A DNA stretch of 64,000 nt, taken from the NCBI RefSeq assembly GCF_025370835.1, contig NZ_JAMXFE010000013.1. One strand, 5' to 3'. The first letter of the stretch is position 1. Each line of letters begins with the position of its first letter. The notes beneath the pieces are model-generated. The model did no database searches and was not told the DNA's origin. It saw only the letters and a list, made by a program, of their open reading frames with translations. A program made the translations under genes and the position numbers. Of the stretch, positions 10,501 through 20,907 are shown piece after piece. The stretch is from Laspinema palackyanum D2b (GTDB lineage Bacteria; Cyanobacteriota; Cyanobacteriia; Cyanobacteriales; Laspinemataceae).

Positions 10501-11258
10501 AGCTTTAGATCTGCGGCGGCGGTTGAGTGAATAGTTATCCGGGGCGAAAGGGCCCCTTGGTTATGGAGTTTTTGGGTGCGATCGCGAGGTTTAGGATGAT
10601 GATTTTAGACGGGTGGCACCCACGGGCGGGTTGAGAAAATCTGATAGGGGACAGGGAAAATCAAATCACCGATGCGATCGCCTCGGGGGGTTACGACCCC
10701 TGCAATGGGTTGAATAGGGGCCTTCGTTCGAGCGCTCCTGGCATTTTGAAGCACTTGCATTCAGGATAAACAGCTCTGGCTCTAACAACACATCGATTGA
10801 TTTCCATGCAAGCAATCCGTTGAACAACAAAGGTTTTTACAGCAAGAATCGCACCCTTTGAGAAACTAGCGTGGCGCGATCGCAAGCGATCGGACTTGCC
10901 ATCGGCGAAAATATCTTCCTATCTTATCGGTTTCTCGTCCTGTGTCATCAACCCAATCCAAAAATGTCGGGAATATTGGGTAAAACGAGGGCGCGTGACG
11001 GGAGGAGAGAATGCCTTAGTCTCAGGGTAAGGGCAGATTGAGGGAATTGAGGGAAGTTTTATCTCAGGATTTTCCGCCAAATTGACCCAATTTATGGCAA
11101 CCTGAAAAACAGAACCCAGACGAGAACACCCTGGCGCGTCCATTGGCTGATCAAGAAAACGGGGTACAAGCCCCAACCCTAGCAGCCTGAATGCGATCGC
11201 CCGGGTTTTAACCCAATCAACGACCCTGCACAGCAACTATCAGATTGCGATCGCCAGT

Positions 11259-12485
11259 ATGCAAACACTCCCGAACCCAACCACCCCCCAATCTACTGCC
11301 AATACCGCCCTGACGGACACCACCATCCACCGTCGCAAAACTCGCCCAGTTCCTGTGGGAAATATCACCATCGGAGGCGGTAATCCCGTGGTGGTGCAGT
11401 CCATGATTAACGAAGACACCTTAGATATCGAGGGGTCCGTAGCTGGAATTCGTCGCCTCCATGAAATCGGCTGCGAAATTGTCCGAGTCACCGTCCCCAG
11501 TATGGCCCATGCCAAAGCCTTGGCGGAAATTAAGCAAAGACTGGCGCGGACCTATCAACTCGTCCCCCTCGTCGCCGACGTCCATCACAATGGCATGAAA
11601 ATTGCCCTAGAAGTCGCCAAGCACGTCGATAAGGTTAGAATCAATCCCGGGCTTTATGTCTTTGAAAAACCCAACCCCAACCGCACCGAATACACCCCCA
11701 CCGAATTTGCAGAAATTGGGGAAAAAATCCGGGAAACCCTAGAACCCTTGGTCATTTCTCTACGAGACCAAGGTAAATCCATGCGAATTGGGGTCAATCA
11801 CGGGTCCCTCGCGGAACGGATGCTGTTTAGTTATGGGGATACCCCCGAAGGGATGGTGGAATCTGCCCTCGAATTTATCAGAATTTGTGAATCTTTAGAC
11901 TTCCGCAACCTAGTCATTTCTATGAAAGCATCCCGAGTTCCGGTGATGCTGGCAGCCTATCGCCTGATGGCGCAGCGCATGGATGAGTTAGGCATGGATT
12001 ATCCTCTGCACCTCGGGGTCACCGAAGCGGGAGATGGAGAATATGGACGCATTAAATCCACCGCAGGCATCGGCACCTTATTAGCCGAAGGCATCGGCGA
12101 CACCATCCGCGTGTCCCTGACTGAAGCCCCGGAAAAAGAAATTCCAGTCTGTTACAGTATCTTACAAGCCTTGGGTCTGCGAAAGACGATGGTGGAATAT
12201 GTGGCCTGTCCCTCTTGTGGTCGCACCCTCTTTAATTTAGAAGAGGTCCTCCATCAGGTCCGAGAAGCAACTAAACACCTGACGGGACTCGATATTGCTG
12301 TAATGGGTTGCATTGTCAATGGACCCGGAGAAATGGCGGATGCCGATTATGGTTATGTGGGTAAGCAACCGGGATATATTTCCCTCTATCGAGGTCGGGA
12401 TGAAATTAAAAAGGTCCCGGAATCTCAAGGGGTTGATGAGTTAATTAAGTTGATTCAAGCCGATGGGCGATGGGTTGATCCCTAG
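11259..12485 (+). CDS. ispG: 4-hydroxy-3-methylbut-2-enyl diphosphate synthase (flavodoxin)
   Basis: VQSMINEDT...[10 protein letters not shown]...three Cys ligands (CPSCGR...GC) and strong overall GcpE similarity. Confidence 0.95.
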   Translation: MQTLPNPTTPQSTANTALTDTTIHRRKTRPVPVGNITIGGGNPVVVQSMINEDTLDIEGSVAGIRRLHEIGCEIVRVTVPSMAHAKALAEIKQRLARTYQLVPLVADVHHNGMKIALEVAKHVDKVRINPGLYVFEKPNPNRTEYTPTEFAEIGEKIRETLEPLVISLRDQGKSMRIGVNHGSLAERMLFSYGDTPEGMVESALEFIRICESLDFRNLVISMKASRVPVMLAAYRLMAQRMDELGMDYPLHLGVTEAGDGEYGRIKSTAGIGTLLAEGIGDTIRVSLTEAPEKEIPVCYSILQALGLRKTMVEYVACPSCGRTLFNLEEVLHQVREATKHLTGLDIAVMGCIVNGPGEMADADYGYVGKQPGYISLYRGRDEIKKVPESQGVDELIKLIQADGRWVDP

Positions 12486-12559
12486 GGGTGGAAAGGCTGG
12501 GATTGAATGAGCCCCGAAACCGGGTTTGTAGTTTAGGGGAGCATCTCAATTTATTCAAG

Positions 12560-12730
12560 AGACCTAACCCCCCGGCCCCTTCCCACCCCTCCTAAGGCCC
12601 TCCCCACCTCTCCTAAGGCCTTCTCCTCTTAGGAGAGGGAGAATAAGGAATTTTTTTCTATTGCTGGAAGGGGGAGAAAGACTTTTATTCCCCCTTCCCT
12701 TGCAGGGGAGGGGGGCAGGGGGGAGAGGTC
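12560..12730. repeat. G/C-rich nested palindromes (CTCCTAAGGCC / GGCCTTCTCCTCTTAGGAGAG; CCCCTTCCCTTGCAGGGGAGGGGGG) after ispG; probable terminator or structured repeat
   Basis: Direct reading of inverted repeats. The ORF 12564..12749 on the opposite strand is repeat-driven. Confidence 0.5.
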
Positions 12731-13072
12731 CGACTGATTTGTAGGCCAAATTGAACCGAATTAGGCCAGTCTGTTACCTCAGCAAAGCCTGTGTTATCGT
12801 AGGGCTAGGGACAAACCTTATCCCTACAATCCTGACAATCCTCTATTCCTTATTTGAGCTGTTCCCGGCCTAGTGGGGAAAATAAAATCAGGGCAGGCGC
12901 TTTCTCGTCGGGTTAGTCATCTATCGTTCACTATCAACCCGGTGCTTTCCCTTCATTAACCCCCATCCCTTCCCTGTCGATTGCTTCCATCGTACTACCT
13001 TCTTTGTCGAAAGATAGAAGAGTCAACCGGGGTCGTCCTTAATCGTAGTTTTTCCTTCCTGATTGAATATTT

Positions 13073-14380
13073 ATGGTGATTACAAAACGCGGACTTATAG
13101 TAGGTGCAACAGCAGTGGCCTTAACTGCTGTTACGGTCACGGGGGCGGGACTTCATCTGTCCCAAAGTCAAGCATTTTTTCAAGAGAGCCCCAAAGAACT
13201 GGTAGACGAAGTTTGGCAAATTATTAACCGCAATTATGTGGATGCCACGTTTAACCAAGTGGATTGGGAGACGGTTCGTCAAGAGTATCTGAACCGACCT
13301 TATACCAATAAGGAGGAAGCTTACACTGCGATTCAAGAAATGCTGGAACAACTGGGGGACCCTTACACCCGGTTTATGAATCCAGAAGAGTTCAAGAGTA
13401 TGCAGATTGATACCTCTGGAGAACTGACAGGGGTGGGGATTCAACTCTCCCAGGATGAAGAAACGAAGCAACTGATTGTGATTTCCCCGATTGAGGATAC
13501 CCCGGCTTTCTCAATGGGAATTCAAGCTAGAGATGCCATCCTCCAAATTGATGGACAAAGTACCGAGGGGATGGATATCAATGAGGCGGTGTCCCTGATT
13601 CGCGGTCCTGTTGGTACTGAGGTGACCCTGACGATTGAACGGGTGCTTGACGAAGAACGCGGGACGAAAGAGACGAAAGATTATACGATTCGGCGCGAAC
13701 GCATCGAACTCCATCCGGTCCGCTACAGCTATCAGGAAAGCCCGATGGGTGGGGTCGGTTACATCCGGCTGACGAATTTTAACGCGATCGCTGCTGAAGA
13801 AATGCGCGATGCCATCCAGGACCTGGAAGGCCAAAATGTCTCCGGCTATATTCTGGATCTGCGGTCCAATCCCGGGGGTCTACTCCATTCCAGCATTGAA
13901 ATTGCTCGGATGTGGCTCAATTCCGGCAGCATTGTCTCCACTGTGAACCGCGTCGGAGAGATGGACCTTCAGTCTGCCAATGGACGCGCCCTGACGAATA
14001 AACCGTTAGTGGTGTTAGTGGATGGGGGTTCCGCCAGTGCCAGTGAAATTCTCTCTGGGGCCTTGCGAGACAATGAGCGGGCGGTCCTCGTGGGATCCAA
14101 AACCTTTGGCAAGGGCTTAGTACAGTCGGTACGCGGATTGGGTGATGGATCGGGTCTGGCGGTGACGATCGCCAAGTATCTCACCCCCAATGGCACGGAT
14201 ATCAACCAGGAAGGGATTACGCCGGATGTGGCGATCGAACTCACCGAGGACCAACAAAAACTCTTACGGGGCGATCGCACCTTAATTGGTTCCACCCAAG
14301 ACCCTCAATACACGAAAGCGATGGAAGTCCTCCGCCAAGAAATTTCCACCGCCGGGGCGAGACGTATCCCCGCCAACTAA
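13073..14380 (+). CDS. ctp: Carboxyl-terminal processing protease (S41 family, Ctp)
   Basis: N-terminal TM/signal, PDZ region, and the S41 catalytic region LDLRSNPGGLL...LVDGGSASASE with TFGKG. Confidence 0.9.
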   Translation: MVITKRGLIVGATAVALTAVTVTGAGLHLSQSQAFFQESPKELVDEVWQIINRNYVDATFNQVDWETVRQEYLNRPYTNKEEAYTAIQEMLEQLGDPYTRFMNPEEFKSMQIDTSGELTGVGIQLSQDEETKQLIVISPIEDTPAFSMGIQARDAILQIDGQSTEGMDINEAVSLIRGPVGTEVTLTIERVLDEERGTKETKDYTIRRERIELHPVRYSYQESPMGGVGYIRLTNFNAIAAEEMRDAIQDLEGQNVSGYILDLRSNPGGLLHSSIEIARMWLNSGSIVSTVNRVGEMDLQSANGRALTNKPLVVLVDGGSASASEILSGALRDNERAVLVGSKTFGKGLVQSVRGLGDGSGLAVTIAKYLTPNGTDINQEGITPDVAIELTEDQQKLLRGDRTLIGSTQDPQYTKAMEVLRQEISTAGARRIPAN

Positions 14381-14469
14381 CATCAAATCGGTGAATTTGT
14401 AAGGGTTATAAGTTTCAAAACTTTGCTTGTTTTTACCTGTTCCCCTGAAATTACAACGATTTAGAATGG

Positions 14470-14512
14470 TTAAATAAGACCCCCATCCCGTAAGATGAAA
14501 GGGTCTTATTTT
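14470..14512 (+). terminator. Intrinsic terminator after ctp (AAGACCC...GGGTCTT hairpin followed by ATTTTTTTC)
   Basis: Stem-loop plus T-run read directly. Confidence 0.55.
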
Positions 14513-14560
14513 TTTCTTGTATCCCTCCAAGGGAACTCCAAAAAATAAAACCCCTAAACT

Positions 14561-14626
14561 GTTCGTAGTGACTCCTTCAGGAGTCCTCTTATTAAAGAAA
14601 CCCCTAAAGGGGTTACTACGAACGGT
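14561..14626. repeat. Diverged copy of the GTTCGTAGT...ACTACGAAC hairpin-repeat family (GACTCCTTCAGGAGTC and AACCCCTAAAGGGGTT hairpins)
   Basis: Flanked by GTTCGTAGTGA ... GTTACTACGAAC, the same terminal motifs as the ACGACT family. Confidence 0.5.
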
Positions 14627-14680
14627 TGGATGATTTATTTTTGCAATCCCCCAAGCAGTCTTTTTAGTTCTTGACGGGCG

Positions 14681-16945
14681 ATGAATCCTTCGCTGACAGC
14701 ATCAAGAGAGGGGACGGAAACGAATAATTATATTGCTCTTATGAATAACCACAAAACCGCACAAATTGCTCAGATTGTCGAAAAACGTCGCCCTTTAGCC
14801 GAAAAAATTACTCGGGTTGAGGACAATTTGAGGTCCCTAGCGCAGGCCCTTCGGACTTTGCAGGACCACCGCAGTCGCCTCTTGGATTCCGTGGAGGATG
14901 TGGCGATCGTCGGACATCTCCAAGACGTGGATTTTTGGAAAATTCAGGTGGAAATTGCCCGGGAATTAGAGGCAACGGCGAAACTGAAAGCGCGGTTTTC
15001 CCGGGATACCCTGAATATAGGCGTTGTCGGACGCGCTAGACAAGGGAAAAGTCGCCTCTTACAAAGTTTAACCGGACTGACGGCCTCGGAAATTCCCGAC
15101 GGCGATCGCCAACATTGTACCGGCGTCCTGAGTACCATTTACCACAATCCCACCCTGGAAACTCACGGGGAAGTGTTCTTTCATAGTGAGCGATCGTTTT
15201 TAGACGAGGCGATCGCCCCCTATTACGACCAACTCCAGCTAGGCCCCGCCCCCCATTCCCTCGATGACTTTGCCAAACAGTCTCTTCCACCCCTACCACG
15301 AGACCTCTACGGCGCACAAACCGGGGCAAAACATGAACATCTCCGCCGATATCACACCCACCTGGACCAGTACCGTACCCTCCTCCAACAGCCCTCTCCA
15401 CGGCGGATTTCTCAAGGGGAAATTCGCGAATATGTCGCACAAGATACTGCCGATGGTCAGCGCGTCTTTTTCAACTATCTCGCTGTGCGTCAAGTTAAAA
15501 TTGTCTGCACCTTTCCCAATGGGGATGTGGGAACCATTGCCTTAGTGGATATGCCCGGATTAGGGGATACCGGCATTGGCGACGAAGTGAGACTGATTGA
15601 AACCCTCGGTCATGAGGTGGATTTTGTTTTATTTGTGAGGATGCCTAAATCCTCGGGGGATTATTGGGCCGATGTGGATGTCAAGTTGTACGACACCGCA
15701 GCAGCAGCGTTAACGGAACTACCGATCGCCCTCTGGTCGATGATGATTCTCAACCAAACCAGTGCCGGTTCTGGCAATGGAGATAATGGCAAAAACTGCC
15801 AAGATTTAGCCGAAACAATGGCGGAAAAACATCTGGAAGTGGTCAAAACCCTCACGGTGAATTGCGCTGATTCTGTTGCGGTGAATCAGCAGATTTTAGA
15901 GGGTGTTTTAGAGTATTTGATGGCTAAAATTACCGAACTGGACCGCCAGTATGCAGCAGCCTGTCAAGACCGACTTTTGCACCTGCGCGATCGCATCGCT
16001 GCCGAACTGGTTAAAGCAAGGCAATCCCTGGGCCAAGCGGCCCAACGAGAGAGTGAATTTCCCCTATTCCTGCGGTTATTTGATGCCCTCTGGAATAACT
16101 TAACCAGTGGGTTAGAAGGATTTTTGCGGGGGCTGTCTCAGCAGCGAGAGGCGGAAGATTTGGAGTTTAAAAAACAAGTCCAAATTGCCATTACCAATTG
16201 TCACCAAGACCCGGGGATTCCTAGCTTAGAAGAGATAGAATCCAGGCGCGATCGCGTGGGAGGATATCCCAATGCGTACTATCAATATTTAAACGAAATT
16301 CGCGCCCATTTATCCCAACATTTTTTGACCTTAGATGATGGATTGAAGCAGGCGATCGAGCGCGTCAAGTCCCGAGTCGCTGATGTGCTAATCGAACAGG
16401 GACGATTAGGAAACCTCACCCCAGTTCGGGGAAGTGAATTTTTAGGCGTAATGGCGGAACTGTTACCGGAAGATTTACAGAAACTCAAACTGGGGTTTAG
16501 AATTTTAGATGAATTTAATTTATCCTATCGCGGACTGATTCAACATCGGATTCGTCAGCAGTTGGATGGATTAAATCCAGATAAGACGGAATTGAAATTA
16601 TCCCATCAAGGGGTTTCGGCGTCGGAAGTTTTAGGAAACTTAAAAACCCTTCATGCCGAAGCGGTTTATAATTGTGAAACTGCCCTGGAAGATTTGTTAA
16701 TTGAACCGAATCAGGCGGCATTTGCGATCGTGGAGGAATTTGTGGATCGGGTGTTGCGCGTGGAAGGAGTGAAAACCGAGTGGCAAATCTTTTTAGAACA
16801 AGTTCGGTCCGAGGTGTGGCAAGATGAATTTGACCGTTTAGGCAGTCGCGATCGGCTACGTCGAGAATGGTTAGCTACCGTGGATACGGTAGAAGCTGGA
16901 AATCAATTGGAATTAATGCAATTTCTGCCTGGGAATAGCCGTTAA
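14681..16945 (+). CDS. Large P-loop GTPase (754 aa), dynamin-superfamily-like: N-terminal coiled coil, GTPase domain, long helical C-terminus
   Basis: G1 GVVGRARQGKSRLLQSLTG, G3 LVDMPGLGD, and extended alpha-helical regions. Family assignment beyond P-loop GTPase is inference. Confidence 0.75.
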   Translation: MNPSLTASREGTETNNYIALMNNHKTAQIAQIVEKRRPLAEKITRVEDNLRSLAQALRTLQDHRSRLLDSVEDVAIVGHLQDVDFWKIQVEIARELEATAKLKARFSRDTLNIGVVGRARQGKSRLLQSLTGLTASEIPDGDRQHCTGVLSTIYHNPTLETHGEVFFHSERSFLDEAIAPYYDQLQLGPAPHSLDDFAKQSLPPLPRDLYGAQTGAKHEHLRRYHTHLDQYRTLLQQPSPRRISQGEIREYVAQDTADGQRVFFNYLAVRQVKIVCTFPNGDVGTIALVDMPGLGDTGIGDEVRLIETLGHEVDFVLFVRMPKSSGDYWADVDVKLYDTAAAALTELPIALWSMMILNQTSAGSGNGDNGKNCQDLAETMAEKHLEVVKTLTVNCADSVAVNQQILEGVLEYLMAKITELDRQYAAACQDRLLHLRDRIAAELVKARQSLGQAAQRESEFPLFLRLFDALWNNLTSGLEGFLRGLSQQREAEDLEFKKQVQIAITNCHQDPGIPSLEEIESRRDRVGGYPNAYYQYLNEIRAHLSQHFLTLDDGLKQAIERVKSRVADVLIEQGRLGNLTPVRGSEFLGVMAELLPEDLQKLKLGFRILDEFNLSYRGLIQHRIRQQLDGLNPDKTELKLSHQGVSASEVLGNLKTLHAEAVYNCETALEDLLIEPNQAAFAIVEEFVDRVLRVEGVKTEWQIFLEQVRSEVWQDEFDRLGSRDRLRREWLATVDTVEAGNQLELMQFLPGNSR

Positions 16946-17084
16946 AAAGGGTGAATGAGAGTTCGTCTTGATAAGTAGTAGGGAGCAAGATGCTCCCACT
17001 CTTTAATATTATAAACGCGGTTTTTAGATGCTATCATAACACGATTTAAAAGCATAAAAAGTATCATCATTTAATTGTTAAATC

Positions 17085-17573
17085 ATGATAGAGATTATTA
17101 TTTTTATCGGCTTGCAAGGGGCGGGGAAAAGCACCTTTTACCGAACCCATTTCGCCGAAACTCATGCTTTGGTGAGTAAAGATTTGATGCGAAATAATAA
17201 AAGACCCGCCCGCAGACAAGCTTTTTTAATCGCAGAACACCTGAAAGCGGGAACCTCCTTAGTGGTGGATAATACCAATCCCACCCGGGGCGATCGGCAA
17301 GATATTATTGAAATTGCACCAGACTATCAGGCAAAGATTATCGGCTATTATTTTGACTCCCAAATTGCCGATTGCCTCACCCGCAATCGACAACGAGAAG
17401 GAAAAGCCAGAGTACCAGACTATGCCCTCTATATGACTCGCAATAAATTAGTCCCCCCGGACTATTCCGAAGGATTTCATCAGTTATTTCAGGTCAAAAT
17501 AGCAGAAAATCCAGGAACCTTTGAAATTCATCCTTGGGTTCAAGAGGAAAAACTTGGACCCGAATCAATTTGA
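17085..17573 (+). CDS. P-loop nucleotide/polynucleotide kinase-like protein (AAA_33-type, 162 aa)
   Basis: Walker A GLQGAGKST at the N-terminus, a Walker-B-like VVDNTN, and a size and lid region typical of Pnk/zeta-like kinases. Confidence 0.75.
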   Translation: MIEIIIFIGLQGAGKSTFYRTHFAETHALVSKDLMRNNKRPARRQAFLIAEHLKAGTSLVVDNTNPTRGDRQDIIEIAPDYQAKIIGYYFDSQIADCLTRNRQREGKARVPDYALYMTRNKLVPPDYSEGFHQLFQVKIAENPGTFEIHPWVQEEKLGPESI

Positions 17574-17943
17574 CCGCAAAATAAGGCAACTGCACTATTT
17601 CCATAATCTATCCCAGGTGGTAGATTACTTTCGGTGGAGACAAGCCGATGCCACTCGTTATGAGATAAACTTAAATGAATTACCCTGATGGCAACGTCGC
17701 GGGACGGGGTTATATTGGGAAAATTACTCCAAAATCGGGTATAATCCGATTATAGGGCAAGAAGTCGTTGCCAGCCGACGGCGAATTAAAATTGATGAAT
17801 CCTTGCCGATGAAGGCCGCTTATAGCAAGTTTATCGCCGGATTATTAGAGATTCGGGAGAATTTAAAGGATAATTGCCTTTAATTCTCCTGACATAAACG
17901 TAACTAAAAAAACAATCAGGTCAACCCTCAACCCAAGAACATA

Positions 17944-18906
17944 ATGCAGGAATTAAAAGTCACCATGCTGGGACCCAGTGGCGTGGGTAAAACTAGCCTT
18001 TTGACTGCCATGTATGAGCAATTTGAACGCAGTATTGGACAAACCAATTTGCAACTAACGCCAGACTTAGAAAGTGCAGCCTTGCTACAAGAACGATTAG
18101 CTGAACTGAAAACCCTACCGGACAGTTTTGAAACAAAAGGATGGATGCAGAGTACAGAAGACCATAAATCTTTTATCTTTGAGTTGGGAAGAAGAGGCGC
18201 AATTCCCTCATTAGCGCTGCATTTTCAAGATTATCCCGGAGAATATCTCGCCGCCAAAAGTTCGCGGGAAGAAAAGGAACGAGTGGAGACATTTGTGCGG
18301 GAATCAGCAGCGGTGGCGATCGCAATTGATACCCCTGCCTTAATGGAAAAAAACGGCCAATGGCATGATGCGGTCAATAAACCCCAACAAATTGCCAATT
18401 TATTTCAACGAGTCTATCGCGAATTAGAGTCTCCCCGCTTGGTGATTTTTGCCCCAGTCCGCTGCGAAAAATACTTACAAGACGAGAAAAGCAGTGCGGA
18501 ATTAGTCAGGCAGGTGCAAGCGGGATATGCGAGGGTATTAGATTTATTGCGATCGGAATCTTTACTCTCAAAAGTCGTCGTGATTATCACCCCAGTTCAA
18601 ACCGTAGGAACTGTGGTGTTTTCTCGGATTGAAATGCTGGATGGAAAACCGCTATTTATTTTCCGAAAAACCAGTCACGATGCCCAATACAATCCCCAAG
18701 ACAGCGAACAGCCTTTGCGCTATTTGTTACGGTTTTTGCTCAGACTCCATTTAGATCGACGTAATTTAGGATTGTTTAATTTTATCCGAGATTGGTTAGG
18801 ATTGGATAATCACCTCAAAGATGCAGTCCGAGAATTTGCCAAGGGCTGTAAAAATACGGGGGCTTATGCGGTGTTGCAGGGTCAAAATTGGCTGAATATT
18901 GGATAG
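17944..18906 (+). CDS. Ras-like small GTPase domain protein (320 aa) with a C-terminal extension
   Basis: G1 KVTMLGPSGVGKTSLL; G3 DYPGEY in the DxxGQ position. Confidence 0.7.
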   Translation: MQELKVTMLGPSGVGKTSLLTAMYEQFERSIGQTNLQLTPDLESAALLQERLAELKTLPDSFETKGWMQSTEDHKSFIFELGRRGAIPSLALHFQDYPGEYLAAKSSREEKERVETFVRESAAVAIAIDTPALMEKNGQWHDAVNKPQQIANLFQRVYRELESPRLVIFAPVRCEKYLQDEKSSAELVRQVQAGYARVLDLLRSESLLSKVVVIITPVQTVGTVVFSRIEMLDGKPLFIFRKTSHDAQYNPQDSEQPLRYLLRFLLRLHLDRRNLGLFNFIRDWLGLDNHLKDAVREFAKGCKNTGAYAVLQGQNWLNIG

Positions 18907-18915
18907 GAGGATGTC

Positions 18916-19704
18916 ATGGAAATTTATGTAAAAAGTCGAGGATTTGCTCAGGAAGAAGGTTACTGTTGGCTACCCGAAACTCCTTCAATTCTCACCTTAA
19001 ATCGGGTTACAGACTGCATTCAAACCGAATCGCCCTCTCTGGTATTGGGGCGATATAGTGGACGGTTGCTATTGCTGATTACGGGGTTAGAGGCGCGGGG
19101 GCGGACCGATTTTCGCGATCGCACCATTCGCAATTCCATCGCCTGGGTTGCTGAAGATTCCGCCCCCCATGAACAACAGTTACGGGCCATAGCTGTCCGC
19201 GCCTTACGCACTTTTTTAGAGGAAAAAAAAGACGGATTAGATGCGGAAATTGACCAAGCAATTCCCGTGGGAGGAACGGACGGATTTACCGTCAATTGCG
19301 AACTGTTAAAGGGATTATCAGCGAGTGCAACTCTCCCCAATCACCCCCAAAAATCGGACCGAGAACGAGAAGAACATTCTACGGATAAACTCGCCAAAAA
19401 TTGCGATCGCACCAAAGAAACCCTCGCCACCCAACTCGAACAATATGGGTTACCCCAAAGAGAAGGTCCCCTGGTTGTCGTCACCGGAATTAAAAGCAAA
19501 GATGCCTTAATTCAGGCGCGAGTCTGGCGGGGTTTATCAAAAAGTGTAGAAGAGGAAGATTGGACCCCCATTCGGGAAAGACAAGATGCCCCAAATTTTC
19601 CTGGAGAAGCATTTCAACCCGAAAAAAAGTTTAATGAAACCGCCACCTTGGTGGCAGGAATTGTGGCGATCGGGATGTTGTTTTTAGGATTTTTGTGGTT
19701 TTAA
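18916..19704 (+). CDS. Hypothetical tail-anchored membrane protein (262 aa), probably co-transcribed with the small GTPase (10-bp gap)
   Basis: ORF ends in a single hydrophobic helix TLVAGIVAIGMLFLGFLWF; no recognisable domain. Confidence 0.6.
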   Translation: MEIYVKSRGFAQEEGYCWLPETPSILTLNRVTDCIQTESPSLVLGRYSGRLLLLITGLEARGRTDFRDRTIRNSIAWVAEDSAPHEQQLRAIAVRALRTFLEEKKDGLDAEIDQAIPVGGTDGFTVNCELLKGLSASATLPNHPQKSDREREEHSTDKLAKNCDRTKETLATQLEQYGLPQREGPLVVVTGIKSKDALIQARVWRGLSKSVEEEDWTPIRERQDAPNFPGEAFQPEKKFNETATLVAGIVAIGMLFLGFLWF

Positions 19705-19765
19705 ACAGCTATAAATTGACGAATGAGAATATCTTGTTTGTTATTATCATTAACTGCACCCTTCT

Positions 19766-19800
19766 AAAAAGCCCCCCTTCTTAAGGGGGGTTGGGGGGAT
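19766..19800. repeat. Hairpin AAAGCCCCCCTTCTTAAGGGGGGTTGGGGGGATC, copy 1 (terminator-like)
   Basis: Identical element recurs at 20808-20842. Confidence 0.5.
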
Positions 19801-19934
19801 CAATCCGAAATTGGGCAAGAAGTCTATTCTAGGAGTGCAAGGATGCTTCGACTCTAAAAGAATGGATATTATAACAATCGGAAAGGTTATGGATTACAAT
19901 TAGACCGAATCATTCCTTGAACAAATAGGATCCA

Positions 19935-20780
19935 TTGCCGATGAAACCCTTAACCCGCCGACAATTCATCAAAGTGAGTGCGATCGCCGCTGGATTTGCC
20001 CTTGCCGCCCATCCCATTTTCGCCCAACAAGTTATTACCACCGACAGCGAAGGATTAACCGCTGGTGAAGTGACTATCCCCGTTGCCGATGGAGAAATTC
20101 CCGCCTATCGCGCCATGCCTGCCAGGGGACAAAACTTCCCGATTGTGCTAGTTATTCAGGAAATTTTCGGGGTTCATGAACATATCCAGGATGTCTGCCG
20201 CAGATTTGCCAAACAGGGTTATCTGGCGATCGCCCCAGAAATGTTTGCCAGACAGGGGGATGTCTCCCAGATGGAAGACATCCAGCAAATCATCTCCGAA
20301 GTTGTATCTAAAGTACCCGATGAACAAGTGATGTCGGACCTCGATGCTACTGTTGCTTGGGCAGAAAACAGCAGTAACGGCAACCCTGAAAAGCTTGGCA
20401 TCACCGGATTTTGCTGGGGAGGACGAATTGTTTGGTTGTATAGCGCCCATAATCCCCAAGTCACCGCAGGAGTCGCCTGGTATGGGCGATTAGTCGGTGA
20501 ATCCACTCCCCTAACTCCCCAACATCCCATCGATATTGCCGAAGAATTAACCGTCCCCATCCTCGGATTATACGGCGGTGAGGATGACTTAATTCCCAAT
20601 GATACCGTCGAACAAATGCGCGATCGCCTCGCCTCCGGCAACACCAACTCCGAAATCATCCTCTATCCCGACACTCCCCACGGATTCTATGCCGACTACC
20701 GCCCCACCTACCGCCCAGACGAAGCAGCAGATGCCTGGAGTCGCCTTCTCACTTGGTTTGAACAGTACGGCGTTGCCTAA
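19935..20780 (+). CDS. Dienelactone hydrolase family protein with a Tat-type signal (RRQFIK)
   Basis: Twin-arginine motif plus hydrophobic region; DLH fold motifs (GFCWGG nucleophile elbow, HGF near the C-terminus). Confidence 0.85.
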   Translation: MPMKPLTRRQFIKVSAIAAGFALAAHPIFAQQVITTDSEGLTAGEVTIPVADGEIPAYRAMPARGQNFPIVLVIQEIFGVHEHIQDVCRRFAKQGYLAIAPEMFARQGDVSQMEDIQQIISEVVSKVPDEQVMSDLDATVAWAENSSNGNPEKLGITGFCWGGRIVWLYSAHNPQVTAGVAWYGRLVGESTPLTPQHPIDIAEELTVPILGLYGGEDDLIPNDTVEQMRDRLASGNTNSEIILYPDTPHGFYADYRPTYRPDEAADAWSRLLTWFEQYGVA

Positions 20781-20807
20781 AAAAATCTGATTTAATTCTC
20801 CCAAAAG

Positions 20808-20842
20808 CCCCCCTTCTTAAGGGGGTTTGGGGGGATCTCTCC
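20808..20842. repeat. Hairpin AAAGCCCCCCTTCTTAAGGGGGTTTGGGGGGATC, copy 2
   Basis: Near-identical to 19766-19800. Confidence 0.5.
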
Positions 20843-20907
20843 TAGAATATTTTATCTTTCGACTCCCCTAAAACCCCTTGTAATAAAACAAAAAATTAAT
20901 AACAATC

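Noticed and set aside
12564-12749. ORF with GEGLRRGGEGLRRGG
   Set aside because: Generated by the G/C-rich palindromic repeat after ispG.
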